Assembly: GCF_963921235.1 (NCBI RefSeq) | Contig: NC_086097.1 | Span: forward strand, 53,446,001-53,510,000 | Source of the DNA: Mobula hypostoma | Lineage: Eukaryota | Direction of reading: 5' to 3' | DNA length: 64,000 nucleotides | Shown: positions 1 to 13,794 of the stretch, piece by piece | Layout of the letters: the number at the start of each line of letters is the position of its first letter | Position numbering within the stretch: the stretch's first letter is position 1 | Made by a program: the position numbers and the translations under genes | Notes under the pieces: model-generated | Seen by the model: only the letters and a program-made list of their open reading frames with translations | What the model was told of the DNA's origin: nothing | Databases searched by the model: none

Positions 1-440
1 TTTTAAATTCTTCTTTCAAAATGTGGACGTTGCTGGGAAGGCCAGATTATTTACTGCTGATCCCTAAATGTACCTGATAAGGTGATGGTGAGCCAACATC
101 TTAACCATTGCTGCTGGGTTGCAAGTTCCAGAATTTAGGACCAGCTACAGTAACGGATAATGATTTATTTCAAATCTGGGAAGGTGTGTCTTAGTAGTGG
201 TATTCATATGTACCTGCTGCTCTTGTCCTTGGAAGTAAAGACTAGTTTGGAAGGTAGAGTCAAAATAGCTACAGTATTCTTGGCAGATGGCACATGGAGC
301 AGTCAGATGATGGTGGAGGGTGTGAGGGTGTATTCTGTAGTTAGGCTATCCACCAAATATTAATTCCATCAGCAAACAATCTTCAGATTGAATTTGAATT
401 TAAAACACAGTGCAAACCAATTATACTTCAGATGCCTGCA

Positions 441-3400
441 AATCAGGAGGGAGGGCTTCATGTTTCTGGACAGTTGGGCTTTGTTTCAGGGAAGGTGGGA
501 CCTGTTCCGATGGGAGGGTTTGCACCTGAACTGGAGGGGGACTAACATCCTTGCAGGTAGGTTAGCTAGTGCTGCTTCGGGGAGTTTAAACTAGATTTGC
601 TGGGGGAGGGGAACCAGAGTGTTAGAGCAGATAGTGAGGTGGAGGAGGATAAAGGTCATGCGAGGACTGTATATGAAGACAGAAGTCAAAGGTTTGTACG
701 TGATAGAAATGTTCTCAGGTGCATCTATATCAATGCAAGGAGTATTGTAGGTAAGGCAGATGAGCTTAGGGCGTGGATTGGCACAGGGGATTATGACATT
801 ATTGCTATTAATGAGACTTAGTTGCAGGAAGGGCAGGACTGGCAGCTTAGTGTTCCAGGGTTCTGTCGTTTCAGACGTGATGGGGGGGGAGGGATGAAAG
901 GGGGAGGAGTGGCATTACTAGTCAGGGAAAATATCACAGCTGTGCGTAAACAGGACAGCCTGGAGGGCTCGTCTACAGAGGCCATATGGGTGGAGCTGAG
1001 GAACGGGAAAGGTGTGACCACACTAATAGGGTTGTATTACAGACTGCCTAATAGTCAGAGAGAATTGGAGGAGCAAATCTGTAGAGAGATAGCAGACCGA
1101 TGTAAGCAACAGAAAGTTGTAATAGCAGGGGATTTTAACTTTCCACATATTGACTGGGACTCCCACACTGTGAAAGGGCTGGATGGCTTGGAGTTTGTCA
1201 AATGTGTTCAGGAAAGTTTTCTAAATCAATATACAGAGGTACCAACGAGAGAGGATGCAATACTTGATCTCCTATTAAGGAACCTGACAGGTCAGGTGAC
1301 AGAAGTATGTGTAGGTGAACATTTTGGGTCCAGTGATCATAATGTCATTAGTTTCAAGTTAATTATGGATAAAGATAGGTCTGGTCCTCGAGCTGAGGTT
1401 CTAAATTGGAGAAGAGCCAATTTTGTGGAAATGAGAAAGGAGCTAGGAAGAGTGGATTAGGATAAGTTGTTTTCCGGCAAGGATGTGTTCAGTAAGTGGA
1501 AGGCCTTCAAAGGTGAAATTTTGAGAGTGCAGAGTTTGCATGTTCCTGCCAGGGTTAAAGGCAAAGTTAACAGGCATAGGGAACCTTGGTTTTCAAGGGA
1601 TATTGGCGATCTGGTTAAGAAAAAGAGAGAGGTGTATAGCAGGTTTAGGCAACAAGGAACAAATGAGGTACTTGAAGAGTATAGAAAATGTAAGAAAATA
1701 GTAAAGAAGGAAATCAGGAAGGCAAAAAAAGAAATGAGGTTGCTTTGGCAGATAATGTGAAGGTAAACCCGAAGGGTTTCTACAAGTATGTTAAGAGTAA
1801 AAGGATAGGAAGGGACAAAATTGGTCCCCTAGAAGATCAGTGTGTCACCTATGTGTGGGGCCTCACGAGATGTGGGAGATCTTAAACAGTTTTTTGCATC
1901 AGTATTTACTCTGGAAACTGGCATAGCATATATGGAAGGAAGGGAAACAAGCAGTAGTGTCATGGAACATATAGAGATTAAAGAGGAGGAGGTGCTTGCG
2001 GCTTTACAGGGAATAAAGGTAGATAAATCCCCTGGGTCTGACATGATATTTCCTCGGACCTCGAGAGAGACTAGTGTAGAAATTGCAGGGGCCCTGCCAG
2101 AAATATTTAAAATGTCCTTAGCCACAGGTGCGGTGCTGGAGGATTGGAAGGTAGCTCATGTTGTTCTGTTGTTTAAAAAAGGCTCCAAAAGTAAACCAGG
2201 CCAGTGAGCTTGACACCAATAGTAGGTAAATTATTGGAAGGTGTTCTGAGAGATCGGATATACAAGTATTGGACAGCCAAGGGCTGATTAAGGATAGTTA
2301 GCATGGCTTTGTGTGTGGTAGATCGTGTTCAACAAATCTTGTAGAGTTTTCTGAGGAGGTTACCAAGAAAGTAGATGAAGGAAAGGCTGTGGATGTTGTC
2401 TACATGGACTTTAGTACGGCCTTTGACAAGGTCCCACTTGGGAGGTTAGTTCAAAAGATTCAGTCACTAGGTATCCATGGAGAGATTGTAAACTGGATTC
2501 GAAATTGGCTGTGTGGGAGAAGACAGAGAGTGGTAGTGGATGATTGCTTCTCAAACTGGAGGCCTGTGACTAGTGGTGTGCCTCAGGGATCTGTGCTGGG
2601 ACCGTTGTTGTTTGTTGTCTATATCAATGATCTAGATGATAATGTGGTAAATTGGATCAGCAAGTTTGCTGATGACACTAAGATTGGAGGCATTGTGGAC
2701 AGCGAGGAAGGCTTTCAAAGCTTGCAGAGGGATCTGGACCAAATGGAAAAGTGGGCCAGAAAATGGCAGATGGAATTTGATGCAGATAAGTGTGAGGTGT
2801 TGCATTTTGGAAGGACAAATCAAGGCAGGACGTGCACAGTAAATGGTAGGGCACTGAGGAGTGCAGAGGAACAAAGCGATCTGGGAGTTCAGAAACATAA
2901 TTCCCTGAAAGTGGCATCACAGGTGGACAGGGTGGTAAAGGAGGCTTTCGGCATCCTGGCATTCATAAATCAAAGTATTGAGTACAGGAGTTGGGATGTT
3001 ATGGCGAGGTTGTATAAGACATTGGTGAGGCCAAATTTGGAGTATTGTGTGCAGTTCTGGTCACCTAACTATAGGAAGGATATCAATAAGATTGAAAGAG
3101 TGCAGAGAAGATTCACTAGGATGTTGCCTGGGTCTTCAGGAGTTGAGTTACAGGGAAAGATTGAACAGGTTAGGACTTTATTCCTTGGAGTATAGAAGAA
3201 TGAAGGGAGATTTGATAAAGATCTACAAAATTATGAGGGGTATAGACAGAGTAAATGTGAATAGGCTCTTTCCACTTAGATTAGGAGAGATAAATATGAG
3301 AAGACATGGCTTTAGGGTGAAAGGGGAAAGGTTTAGGGGGATCATTAGGAGGAACTTCTTTACTCAGAGAGTGGTGGGAGTGTGGAATGAGCTGCCATCT

Positions 3401-3583
3401 GACATGGTAAATGCTGGCTCACTCTTAAGTTTTAAGAATAAATTGGATAGATACATGGATGGGAGAGGTCTGGAGGGTTACGGACTGGGTGCAGGTCAAT
3501 GGGACTAGCGGAATAAAGTTTCGGCACAGACTAGAAAGGCCGAATGGCCTGTTTCCTGTGCTGTAGTGTTCAATGGTTCTATG
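441..3583 (+). mobile_element. CR1 LINE, 5'-truncated within ORF1; ORF2 (APE endonuclease + RT) nearly complete but broken by stops and frameshifts
   Basis: ORF1 esterase-like end (EGLHLNWRG); APE motifs INARSI, GGGVALLV, GDFNFP, SSDHN; RT motifs DFSTAFDKV, SGVPQGSVLGP, FADD; RNFFTQRVV C-terminus; ends in a (t)tcaatggttctatg tail. Confidence 0.95.
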
Positions 3584-5249
3584 AACGTGGCCTAGAGTCA
3601 GTGACAATTACCATTCAGGTTGGGTGTGAAGAAGGAAGTGTTTGAAAACTATATGTAATTCAAAGGAAGCATTGTAGATGCATTGTAACTATAGAATTGT
3701 CCTGCGGTTACCTTTAATATTTAATATATAAAAATGTCATGTAATATTGAGTTGAATGGGCCTCTTCTTCCAAGAGTGTCTCAATATGATGCCTGTTGCT
3801 CGTTTTTGTTGAATAAAACATTTCCATTTCCACTAGCTTCTGTGTCTCTCCGGTGACTTTCTTCACATCACAAGGGGGAATTGAACATTTTTAGGCTGAA
3901 GGATAGGGTGACAATCAAGTGCATTGCTTTATGCTAGACAGCATTGGGCTTCTTGAATGCTGTTGGAGAATACTCAATCAAGCACGTGGACAATATTCCA
4001 TCACATATTTGACTTTGTGCCTTATAGCTGGCATAAGGAGATTGGACTGTCAGGATGTGAATTATTCATCATGGAACGCCCAGCCTATGATTTGCTGTTA
4101 TATTTATGTGGCTGCTATAGTAAGTTGGTGTTCAATGGTATTCACCAGGAGGTCAACTGACTGAGACTTGATGATGATAATGTTAAAGGTTCCCTCTTCT
4201 ATTGAGGTGGTTGTTTTCTAGTACTTTGATATGAGCCAGCTCATGCCTTAATGTTGCCTTGGTCTTAGTCTGTCCAAGTGTGAAGCTACAAATGAAGCAG
4301 AACGTTATGCAATCTTCAGAGAACATTCCAATTTCCAATATATTAATCTCAAAATAGAAAGAAGGTGTTTGATGAAGAAGCTGAAGATGGTTGGGCCTAG
4401 GACACTGTCCATAGGAACCCCTACAGTGATGTCCTGCATGGGAATGATTGAGCTCCAACAAGCATGCCCATCTTCCTTTGAGCAAGGTATAACTCTAAAC
4501 CATGGGAGAGTGACCTTTGCCGTATCCAGAATCCTCAGCTATTTCCTGTTGCCATGATATACATAGAATTAGTTAAAGACAGGCTCCTGTGATAGTTAAG
4601 ACCTGAGGAGGAAGCCAGAATGGATCATCCACTTAGCACTCTGGCTGAGCATGGTTCTGCAAATGTGAGAGACTCAACATCATCAAAGCATGAGCCAGAT
4701 CCCTGGGGGTGGTAAGGCAGTTCCTGTGAGCACAGGTTGCAACAGGCTACCAGCCTGTCCCTGTGACATTTCAGACAGGGCACTCAATCAAAATACGATG
4801 TGTTCCCAGCTGGATTCAGGCCAATAAAGCATCTTGCACTCCCATTCCCTGTCATTGTTGCCTTGGCTTCCCATTATCACTGCTCCAGTTAATAGCATGT
4901 TTCTGTTCCTGCCCCCACCACAGCCTCTGTTGGTCCCTTAGTCATACTGAGCAACTTGGAATAGTGTCAGGCAGGTCTTGGGGAGACTCAGAAAGAGATG
5001 TTGTCCTGCAGTTATTCAGCATAGGTCCTGACAGCTCAGAACTATCCTAATTGAATGGGAATGAAAAAAAAACACCCATTTGGCATCTGAACAGTGTTAT
5101 TTCGATCTGTTCAGGCAATGCAAAAGCTCATCACTGTAAAAAATGCAGTGAATGTTCTCTAAACCATTGGGTCAAACTGAGAATTAGATAAATTATGAGA
5201 ACCCATGTGATGAAAAGTCACCAGTTTTTATTTCCAGAGTCAAAGAGTC

Positions 5250-6110
5250 AGAGACACAGATAAATGCAGCACAGAACCAAGCCCCTTAGTCCATCCGTTC
5301 CTTACTGAACTATTATTCTGCTTCGTCCCATTGACCTGCATCTGGACCATAACCTTCCATTCCCATCCCATTAAAGTGCTATTCCAAACATCTCTTAAAT
5401 GTTGAAATCAAACCCAGATTCACCATTCCTGCTGGCAGCTTGTTCCCCATTCTCACCACCTTCTGAGTGAAAAAGTCCTCCCACATATTCCCCTTAAACA
5501 TATCATCTTTCACACTTAACACATGACCTCCAGTTCTAGTCTCACAAAACCTCAGTAGAAAAATCTTGATTGCATTTGTCCCATCGATACCTCTCATAAT
5601 TTTATATACCTGTATCAAATCTCACTTCATTCCCCTATGCTCGAGGGAGTAAAGACTTCACCTATTTGGCCTTTCACTGAGGTCCTCAAGAGCCAGCAAC
5701 ATCCTTGTAACTCTTCTTGGCATTCTTTAAATCTTATTGATATCTTTCCTGTATGTTAGTGACCAGAACTGCACACAATATGCCAACTTAGGCCTCACCA
5801 ATGTCTTGTACGATGTCAACATAACATACCCAACTCCTGTATTCAATACTTTGTTATATGAAGGCCAATGTGCCAAAAGCTCTCCTTACAACCTGTGACA
5901 CCACTTTTAAGGAATTATGGATCTGTATTCACAGATTCCTCTGTTCTACCACATTCCTCAGTGCCCTATATTGCGCACCATGTAGGTCTTCCCAAAGTGC
6001 AACACTTCGTATTTATCTGCATTAAGTTCCATCTGCCACTTTTCAGCCCATTTTTCCAGCTGGTCCTGATCCTGTTGCAAGCTTTGATAGACTTCCTCGC
6101 CGTCTACTAT
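5250..6110 (-). mobile_element. Degenerate CR1 3' fragment
   Basis: Minus ORF YKIMRGID...FFTQKVV...FK; similar to the 3' end of the first CR1. Confidence 0.85.
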
Positions 6111-6345
6111 GCCCCAATCGGTGTCAGGCTAGTAAGGGTGCAAAAAAGATTTACAGGGACGTTGTTGGTACTGGCAGATTTGGGTTATGAGCAGAGGCTG
6201 GATCGGCTGGGACTCTCTTCCCTGGAGTGAAGTGATCCTGTAGGGTTCTCTACCACACCTTCTCTATAGTGTGATGACCAGAACTACGTTTGTACACAGA
6301 CATCCATCATCATCCTCCACTTCTTTTTATTGATTGCACACTGAA

Positions 6346-8900
6346 TAGACCATAAGATATAGGAGCAGAAGTAGACCATTTGGCCCATCGAGTCTGCTCT
6401 CTTTGCTCATCCATTTTTGCTGTCAGCCCCAATCTCCTGCCTTCTCCCCTCATCCCTTCATGTCCTGACCAATCATGAATCTATCAAACTCTGCCTTAAA
6501 TATACATAAAAACTTGGCCTCCACTGCCATCTGCGGTAGTGAATTCCACAGATGCACCACTCTCCGGCTGAAGAAATTCCTCCTCATCTCTGTTCTAAAA
6601 GGATGTGTCCTTTTGTCTTAGACTTATCCACAATAGGAGGCATCCTCTCTACATCCACTCTATTGAGGCCTTTCAACATTCAATAAGGTTCAATGAGGTC
6701 ACCCTCATTCCAATGAATTCCAGAGAGAAGAGGCCCAGAGCCATCAAATGCTCCTCATATGACAAGCCTTTCAATCCTGAAATCATTCTTGTGAAAGTCC
6801 TTTGAATCCCTCCAATGTCAGCACATCCTTCCTTAGGTAGGGGGCCCAAAACTGCTCACAATACTCCAAGTGAGGCCTCATCACTGCTTTATGAAGCCTC
6901 AACATTAATTCCTTGTTTGTACATTCTAGTCCTCTTGAAATGAATGCTAATATTGCATTTGCCATTCTCCCCACAGACTCATTCTGCAAAATAATCTTTA
7001 AGGGATCCTGCATGAGGACTCCCAAGTCCCTTTGCTCCTTTGACATTTGAATTTTCTCTCTATTTAGAAAATTGTCTATATTTTTATTTATTCTAACAAG
7101 GTGCACAACTATACTCTTCTGGACACTCTATTCCATCTGTCACTCCTTTGCCCATTCTCTGAATATATCTAAGTCCTTCTGTAACCTCCCTACTTCCTGA
7201 AAACTACCTGCCCCTCCACCTATCTTCAGATCATCTGTAAACTTGGCCACATAGCCATTGTCATCCAAGTCATTGCCATATAATGTCAAAAGAAGCAGTC
7301 CCAGCACAGACCCCTTTGAAACACCATTAGTTACCCTTTCAATCAACTTTGGCCAGCTGCTCTCTCATGCCTCTGTAATTCCCTTTACTCCACTGTAATA
7401 TTGATACATAAGACCTTAAAATATAGGAGCAGAAGTAGGCCATTTAGCCCATCAAATCTGCTTCACCATTCAATCATGGGCTGATGCAATTCTTCCAGTC
7501 ATCCCCACTCCCCTGCCTTCACCCCATATACTTAGATGCCCTGGCTAATCAAGAACCTATCTATCTCTGCCTTAAATACACCCAATGACTTGGCCTCCAC
7601 AGCCGCTCATGGCAACAAATTCCACAGATTTACCACCCTCTGAGTAAAGTAATTTCTTCGCATCTCAGTTCTAAATGGACGTCTTTCAATTCTGAAGTCA
7701 TGCCTTCTTGTCCTAGAATCCACTACCATGGGAAATAACTTTGCCATGTCTAATCTGTTCAGGCCTTTTAATATTTGGAATGTTTCTATAAGATCCTTCC
7801 TCATCCTCCTGATCTCCAGGGAATACAGCCCAAAAGCTGCCAGACGTTCCTCATACGGTAACCCTTTCACTCCTGGAATCATTCTTGTGAATCTTCTCCG
7901 AACCCTCTCCAATGTCAGTATATCCTTTCTAAAATAAGGAGCCCAAAACTACACACAATACTCTGAGTGTGGTCTCATGAGTGCCTTATAGAGCCTCAAC
8001 ATCACATCCCTGTTACATCACATTCGACACAATGTTTATTCTTGGATGTTAAGCTCCCAGCTATAATCTTCTTACCGCCACATCTGACTTTAGCCTCTTC
8101 TTCTCAAATTCCATGGTGAATTCTTTCATACCATGATCACTAGCCTCTAAGGGTTTCTTTATCTCAAGCTTTCTCATCAATTCTGTTTTTTTTTTCGTAC
8201 AATGCCCAATCCAGAATAGCTGATCCCCTAATGGGCTCAACCATGAGCTGTGCTATAAAGCCATCTCACAGTCATTCTAAAAATTCCTCCTCTTGGGATC
8301 CAGCACCAATATGATTTTCCCAATCTACCTGCATATTGAAATTGCCCATGACTATCTTAACATTGCCTTTTCGACATGTGTTTTCCTTCTCCCATTGTAA
8401 TTTCATTGTAATTTGTAGACAACTTCTTTACTACTGTTTGGGGTCTGTATATAACTTCCATCGTCTAACCTTGCAGTTCATTATCTCTACCCACAATGAT
8501 TCAATATCTTCTGACCCTATGTCACCTCTTTCTAATTTGATTTTGATATTTATCATCAGAGCCACACAAACCCCTCTGCCTACCTACTTGTCCTTTCAAT
8601 ACAGTGTTTATTCTTGGACGTTAAGCTCCCAGCTATAATCTTCCTTCAGCCACGATTCAGTGATGCCCACAGTGTCATACATGCCAATCTATAACTGTGC
8701 TGCATTCATCTACCTTATTCCCTATTCTGTGCACATTCAGTCCTGTATTCATCCTTTTCGATTTTGTCTGCCTTTTACATTGCAATTCATCCTGTTGACT
8801 GCAATTTTGCCCTTTCATCAGCCTGTCTTACTATACACCGTCTTTGTTTGTAAAACCAACTACCTCATCCTCAGCACTTTCACTCCAGTTCCCATCTCCC
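6346..8900 (-). mobile_element. CR1 LINE (atcttatggtct-tail family), internally deleted, interrupted by a second CR1
   Basis: Tail at 6346 (agaccataagat); minus ORFs RPHLEYCEQFW and KFTDD; endonuclease-region DNA at 8080-8900 is colinear with the copy at 30065-30960. Confidence 0.85.
7410..8015 (-). mobile_element. CR1 3' fragment nested in a CR1
   Basis: Own tail at ~7407-7420; minus ORF ERVRRRFTRMIPG...RNYFTQRVVNLWN; ACAT on both sides of the insert (7406-7409, 8080-8083). Confidence 0.85.
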
Positions 8901-8929
8901 TTCTAAATTAGATTAACCCCTCTGGAACA

Positions 8930-9385
8930 GGTCTATCATCCGGATCATCAATATAGATGACAAGCAACACTGGACCCAGCATTGATCCCTGTGGCACACC
9001 ACTAGTTATAGGCCTCCAGTCAGAGAGGCAACCATCTATTATCACTCTCTGGCTTCTCTCGTAAAGCAAATGTTGAATGCAATTTACTTCCTCATCCTGA
9101 GGGCCAAGCATCTGACCCTTTATGACACATCTCCGACGCGGGACCATATTGAAGGCCTTGCTAAAATCGATGCAGAGAATATCCAATGCCTTTCCGTCAT
9201 CAGCCATTCTGGTAACCTGGTAATTCACTTTAAATATCCCTAAGGACCTGGCCCCCACAGTCATCTTTGGCAAGGAATTCCACAGTTTTACCACCTCTGG
9301 TTAAAGAAATTTTAGAAATTTCTGCTCTAAAGGGACATCCTTTTACTCTGAGGTTGTGATCTCTGTTCCTGGACTCTCCTACAAT
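8930..9385 (-). mobile_element. CR1 RT and 3' fragments
   Basis: Minus ORF DFSKAF...[11 protein letters not shown] joined to a VKLWNSLP segment. Confidence 0.8.
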
Positions 9386-10027
9386 TTGTTTTTAGGGTTT
9401 ATTTTTTGACAATTTTAGAATTGAGGCATTCCTTAACCAGGATTAAATATGGGTCAGTAAGCACAAAGGTGAATGGAAAGGTAGGAAGTAGGGCAGACAG
9501 AGCAGAGCTTTAGATGATTTTTTGTTGATCAGTGGAGGGTAGAACATGCAAAGGTATATTGAATAGTAAATCCAGTGGTGACGTTGACAAGTTTATCGAT
9601 TTCAATATACGCAAGCTGAAGCAGGACCATACATTACAGACGTGGAAATTGATGGCCTTAGTGATAGCATAGATAGGTGGTCTATAGGTTCTGCTGGGGT
9701 TAGAAAGAACACTAGTGCTGTGAATAATCTGGATAAATTTTATACAAATGCCCAGGTGAAGGACAAGGGCAGAATGGAAATGGGGTTTGTGATGCAAATG
9801 AAGACAATGGCTTTGAGCTTCCTGGTATTTTGTTGGGGTTAAAAGTTACTTGCAAATCCAGTAATGAATATCAAAGACAGGCAGTCCACAGACAGTGGAA
9901 GAGTCAGGTCAGATTATAGTGAAGTAGTGTTGTATGTTATCAGGATGCAAGTGAAAAGGTATCATTTGTTTTCAGATGCTATTGCCAAGAAACAGACATT
10001 TGGAGTATTGTGAGCAGTTTTGGCCCT

Positions 10028-10362
10028 GGTGGTATAGTGGATAGGCGAGACGCTATTACAGCTCAGGGTGTTGGAGTTCAGAGTTCAATCTCGGTGTCCT
10101 CTGAAAGGCATCTTCGCACGTCCTCCCTGTAGAATGCATGGGCTTTATCTAGGTTTTATCCGGATTTTATTCGGGTTTTATGGGTTTTATCCGGGTCGTC
10201 GGGTCTCCTCCCACAGTTCAAAGATTTACAGGACAGGCTAACTGTTCATTGTTAATTGTCCGGTGATTAGGTTAGGGTTAAATTGGGGCTGTGGGGGTTG
10301 CTGGGTGGTGCGGCTCAAAGGGCCAGAAGAAGGCCTACTCCACGCGGGATCTCGAAATAAAA
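10028..10362 (+). mobile_element. tRNA-derived V-SINE (HE1-like)
   Basis: A-box-like ggtatagtgg, B-box-like gagttcaatc, V-domain-like ctcccacagttcaaaga, CR1-like 3' end gggccagaag...ggccta, aaataaaa tail. Confidence 0.75.
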
Positions 10363-12889
10363 TCATTCTCAAGAATTTCCCCTAAACTCTCTCCAGCACA
10401 TCCCTTCTTAGATATGAGACCCAAAACTGCTCACAATTCGCCAAATCTGTTCTGACTTATAAAGCATCAGTATTATATCCTGTTCGAAATGAATGCTAAC
10501 ATTATAGTAAAAATGTATGACAAAGCCAGGCTCATTCTTGCTTTAACATTTGTTACTTCCTTATACATACATTTATCTAAATACACTGCATTATATTAAA
10601 CTATCCCGTCCTGCACGGCTCAGTTTTATCTTATTGCAATCATTATAATATAATCTCCTTCTCACACAAGATAGAGAGATTCCTTAGACAATGATTAACA
10701 TGAACCAGGTTGAAAGAGCACCCTCCTGTGATAGCACAGAGATTTCTACTGCAGGATTCACAAAGCAAATTAAAGAATAGAACATTCATTGAAGGAAAGA
10801 AAAAAACGTCACGTTGGGGAATTGTTGAATAGACAATCAGTTGCTGGTCCCAGGCATCCCACCTTCATAAAATTGTCTAGAAATGCTAATGAATAGTTTT
10901 AGTCTGGTTGTTTGTTCAGCTACTTGATGTATACCAATAAGCTGTGTCGTTTGGCAGAGTAATGGAGGTATCCATCGTATGCATATGCACAATGATGCAA
11001 GGCAATTTAATCAAACTATAGGCTGTCATGGAGAACATATCCTTTTCACCAAACCTTCTTTATTTTGGGTGTTCTTCAGCCTCTGTGGACTTTAAACTAT
11101 AAAACTGCTAACTGATCAATTTCTTAAACTTCCATCTTTTGGGCCTCTTGCCTTTTACTACTCAATACGTTGACTAGCACAGGCAGACATCCTAATCCTC
11201 CTCTTCATCATAATCCATCAGACAAGAAAAGAAATGATCCACCATTTGGGCCTCTGTCTCTAGTAAGCACGAAGCATCACGAGATGGCAACTGCATGCTT
11301 CCATTCAATGGCACATTACATTCAACCAAAATTTTGTTGCATCATCATGTGTGTATTTTAACATGTATCACTCTAAGTAATTCATATAATTCGGTAAAGT
11401 CAATTGAGTTTATTATAGTATTCTTTCAATTATATTATATAGCATGCCCTTAGTAATGCTGCATTATACCACTACATTTAATCAATTTTAACAATTTTTA
11501 AATTAAAAAGGTCCTTCATTTTATACAGAATGGATTAATGGAAGTAAATATCAATGCTTTCAATAATCATAGCTTCATTTAACAAGAATTTGTACTTATG
11601 CATTCATTTTCAGAGTCTGATCCTATACAAAATCCATTTTTGTTCTGTAATTTTAATTTGCAGCCAGTAGAGGACCCCCTTTCCCATATTTCAGCTGCTG
11701 TTCTCCCTCCGTCTCATCCAAAAGAACAAATCAAACAAACTGACACATGAATGAAAGAAAAATGGAGGGCTATGTGGGAGGTTAGATTGATTTTAGAGTG
11801 GGTTAATGGGTCAGCACAACATTGTAGGCCAACGGGTTTGTACTGTTTTGTACCTTTGAAAATTCAGAAAGTTGTCATTCTCTTCATTCGTAACCTTTGT
11901 CTGTCATGATTAACTGCCTGTATAAATGCAAAGCATAATCTAGTGTGCAGTGTGTGAGTTTGGCTCACTGATCTGTCATAAATGAATTCAGTTAACGTTA
12001 AAAATAAGCTAAATTTATCAATATACATTTAACATTGGAAAAACTGGATTAAACCTTATGAACATAAAATAATTTAAAATGAATTGAATTTAGGCTGAAT
12101 TTCTACTTTCATATCTAGAATCTCACTGATAGGTCCTTTAAGAATTCTCACAGACCGTGCATCAGAGTGCGTTGACTCAGCAAGAAGAGTCAATGCTTTT
12201 CAGTGCCAGAAAGCTCAATTTAATCCAGACTTCAGGTAGACTCTGCACAGAGTTTGCATGTGTTTCCTCTGACATCCCAAAGACACACAGGTCAGTAGGT
12301 TAATTAAGCCAATGTATAGGTGAGTAGTAGGATTGGGGGAAATGATGGGAATGTGGGGAGAGGTAAAAGATGGGATTAATGTAGGATTTGAGTAAATGAT
12401 CAGCTGGTTGTCGGCACAGGTTTATGAGGCTGGATGGGCCATCCATGCTTTATAATTCTATCAGTAGAAACTAAATATGAAGAATGAAAATTCCTCAAAG
12501 AGGAACCCTAAGTTTCTGCAGCTTGGTAACTCAAACAAAAGAAGTTGGTTTACTTCTCAGAATTTCTACAACGAGTGAATGGATTGATCAAACTCATAGC
12601 CAGGAGCATGTAGCCTATGATGCTCTCGATTGCAATGAATCTGCTTGCCTTTCTTCCTGGGGAGGGTAATAGTCTACTACAGTTTCACAAATGATGCATC
12701 AAAACCTGCTGGATGGTTGTGTGTATTGTAAACTGAATTTGTGACTGGTAGTTCAGGAGGAGCTAGAGGTCTAAACGTTAATGGTCATGGTGATCTCAAT
12801 GCCAAAGCAAAGGTGCACAGGCCCAGTAATGGATTCCAATATTTACTGTGACACAGGACACGTGCATATGACGGTCTTCCTACTGAAAT

Positions 12890-13150
12890 TTATTTTATTT
12901 TATTGATAGATCCTGCGCAAAACTGGCCCTTCTGGCTCACCAAGCTGCACTGCTCAGCAACCCATCTAATCACAATGACCAATTAACCTGCTAACCGGTA
13001 CGTCTTTGGACTGTGGAGGAAACCCACATGCACATGGGAAGAACATACATACAAACCTTCTTACAGAGGATGCCGGAAATGAACTCTGCACTCCCCTGCC
13101 CCATGCTATAATAGTGTCACGCTAACCTCTACACTACTGCGGCACCCCAA
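12890..13150 (-). mobile_element. V-SINE
   Basis: Reverse complement of the head and V-domain (gtacgtctttggactgtggaggaaacccac on plus). Confidence 0.7.
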
Positions 13151-13336
13151 GATGCAGCCCCATTACTTGCACTGTTGCCCTGGGAATTCCAGGTATGATA
13201 GTTAGTTCCTGAAGATACAGATCTGCAAACTTTCCCCTTTCTAGTGTCCTCTTGCATTCTGTGCAGGTTTTTGCGACTTCCTTTCTGTTGTAAGTATATG
13301 CCTGTAGAAAGCACATATTTTGTCATTGTGAAAAAG

Positions 13337-13597
13337 ACCATAAGACAAAGGAGCAGAATTAGGCCATTAAGCTCATAGTGTCTGGTCCACTATTCCATCA
13401 TGGCTGATTTATTATCCCTCTCAACCCATCCTCCTGTTTTCTTTCCATAACCTTTGACACCCAGGAATCTATTGACCAAGAATCTACAACCTCCAGTTTA
13501 AATAATGACTTGGCCTCCACAGCTGTCTGTGGCAATGAATTCCACAGATTCACCACCCTCTGGCTAAAGAAATTCCCCCTCATCTCTGTTCTAAATA
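13337..13597 (-). mobile_element. CR1 3' end
   Basis: Tail agaccataagac; minus ORF FRTEMRGNFFSQRVVNLWNSLP. Confidence 0.85.
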
Positions 13598-13794
13598 GAT
13601 TGGTCTGCAGTGAGTGCCAATATGAGGAAGATTCAACCAAAGAATCATTCTGATCTCTAACCTGCACCACCCATCACCATCAACCCTCTACCCCTGCTTA
13701 CCAAGTGAAAACAAACATTATTTTGTACACTTACTGTAAAGGGTCATACTTGAAGAAAAGTGTGGTAGGAGTCAAATAATTGCTTTACCAGGCT

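Noticed and set aside
822..3508. Long endonuclease/RT ORFs as host genes or an active LINE
   Set aside because: Fragments of one CR1 ORF2 with several stops and frameshifts; the same applies to 15362-16632 and 20410-23994.
12561..12665. Possible 105-nt plus-strand exon (ttctcAG...GG|GTAATA)
   Set aside because: Weak donor, unrecognised peptide, no supporting neighbours.
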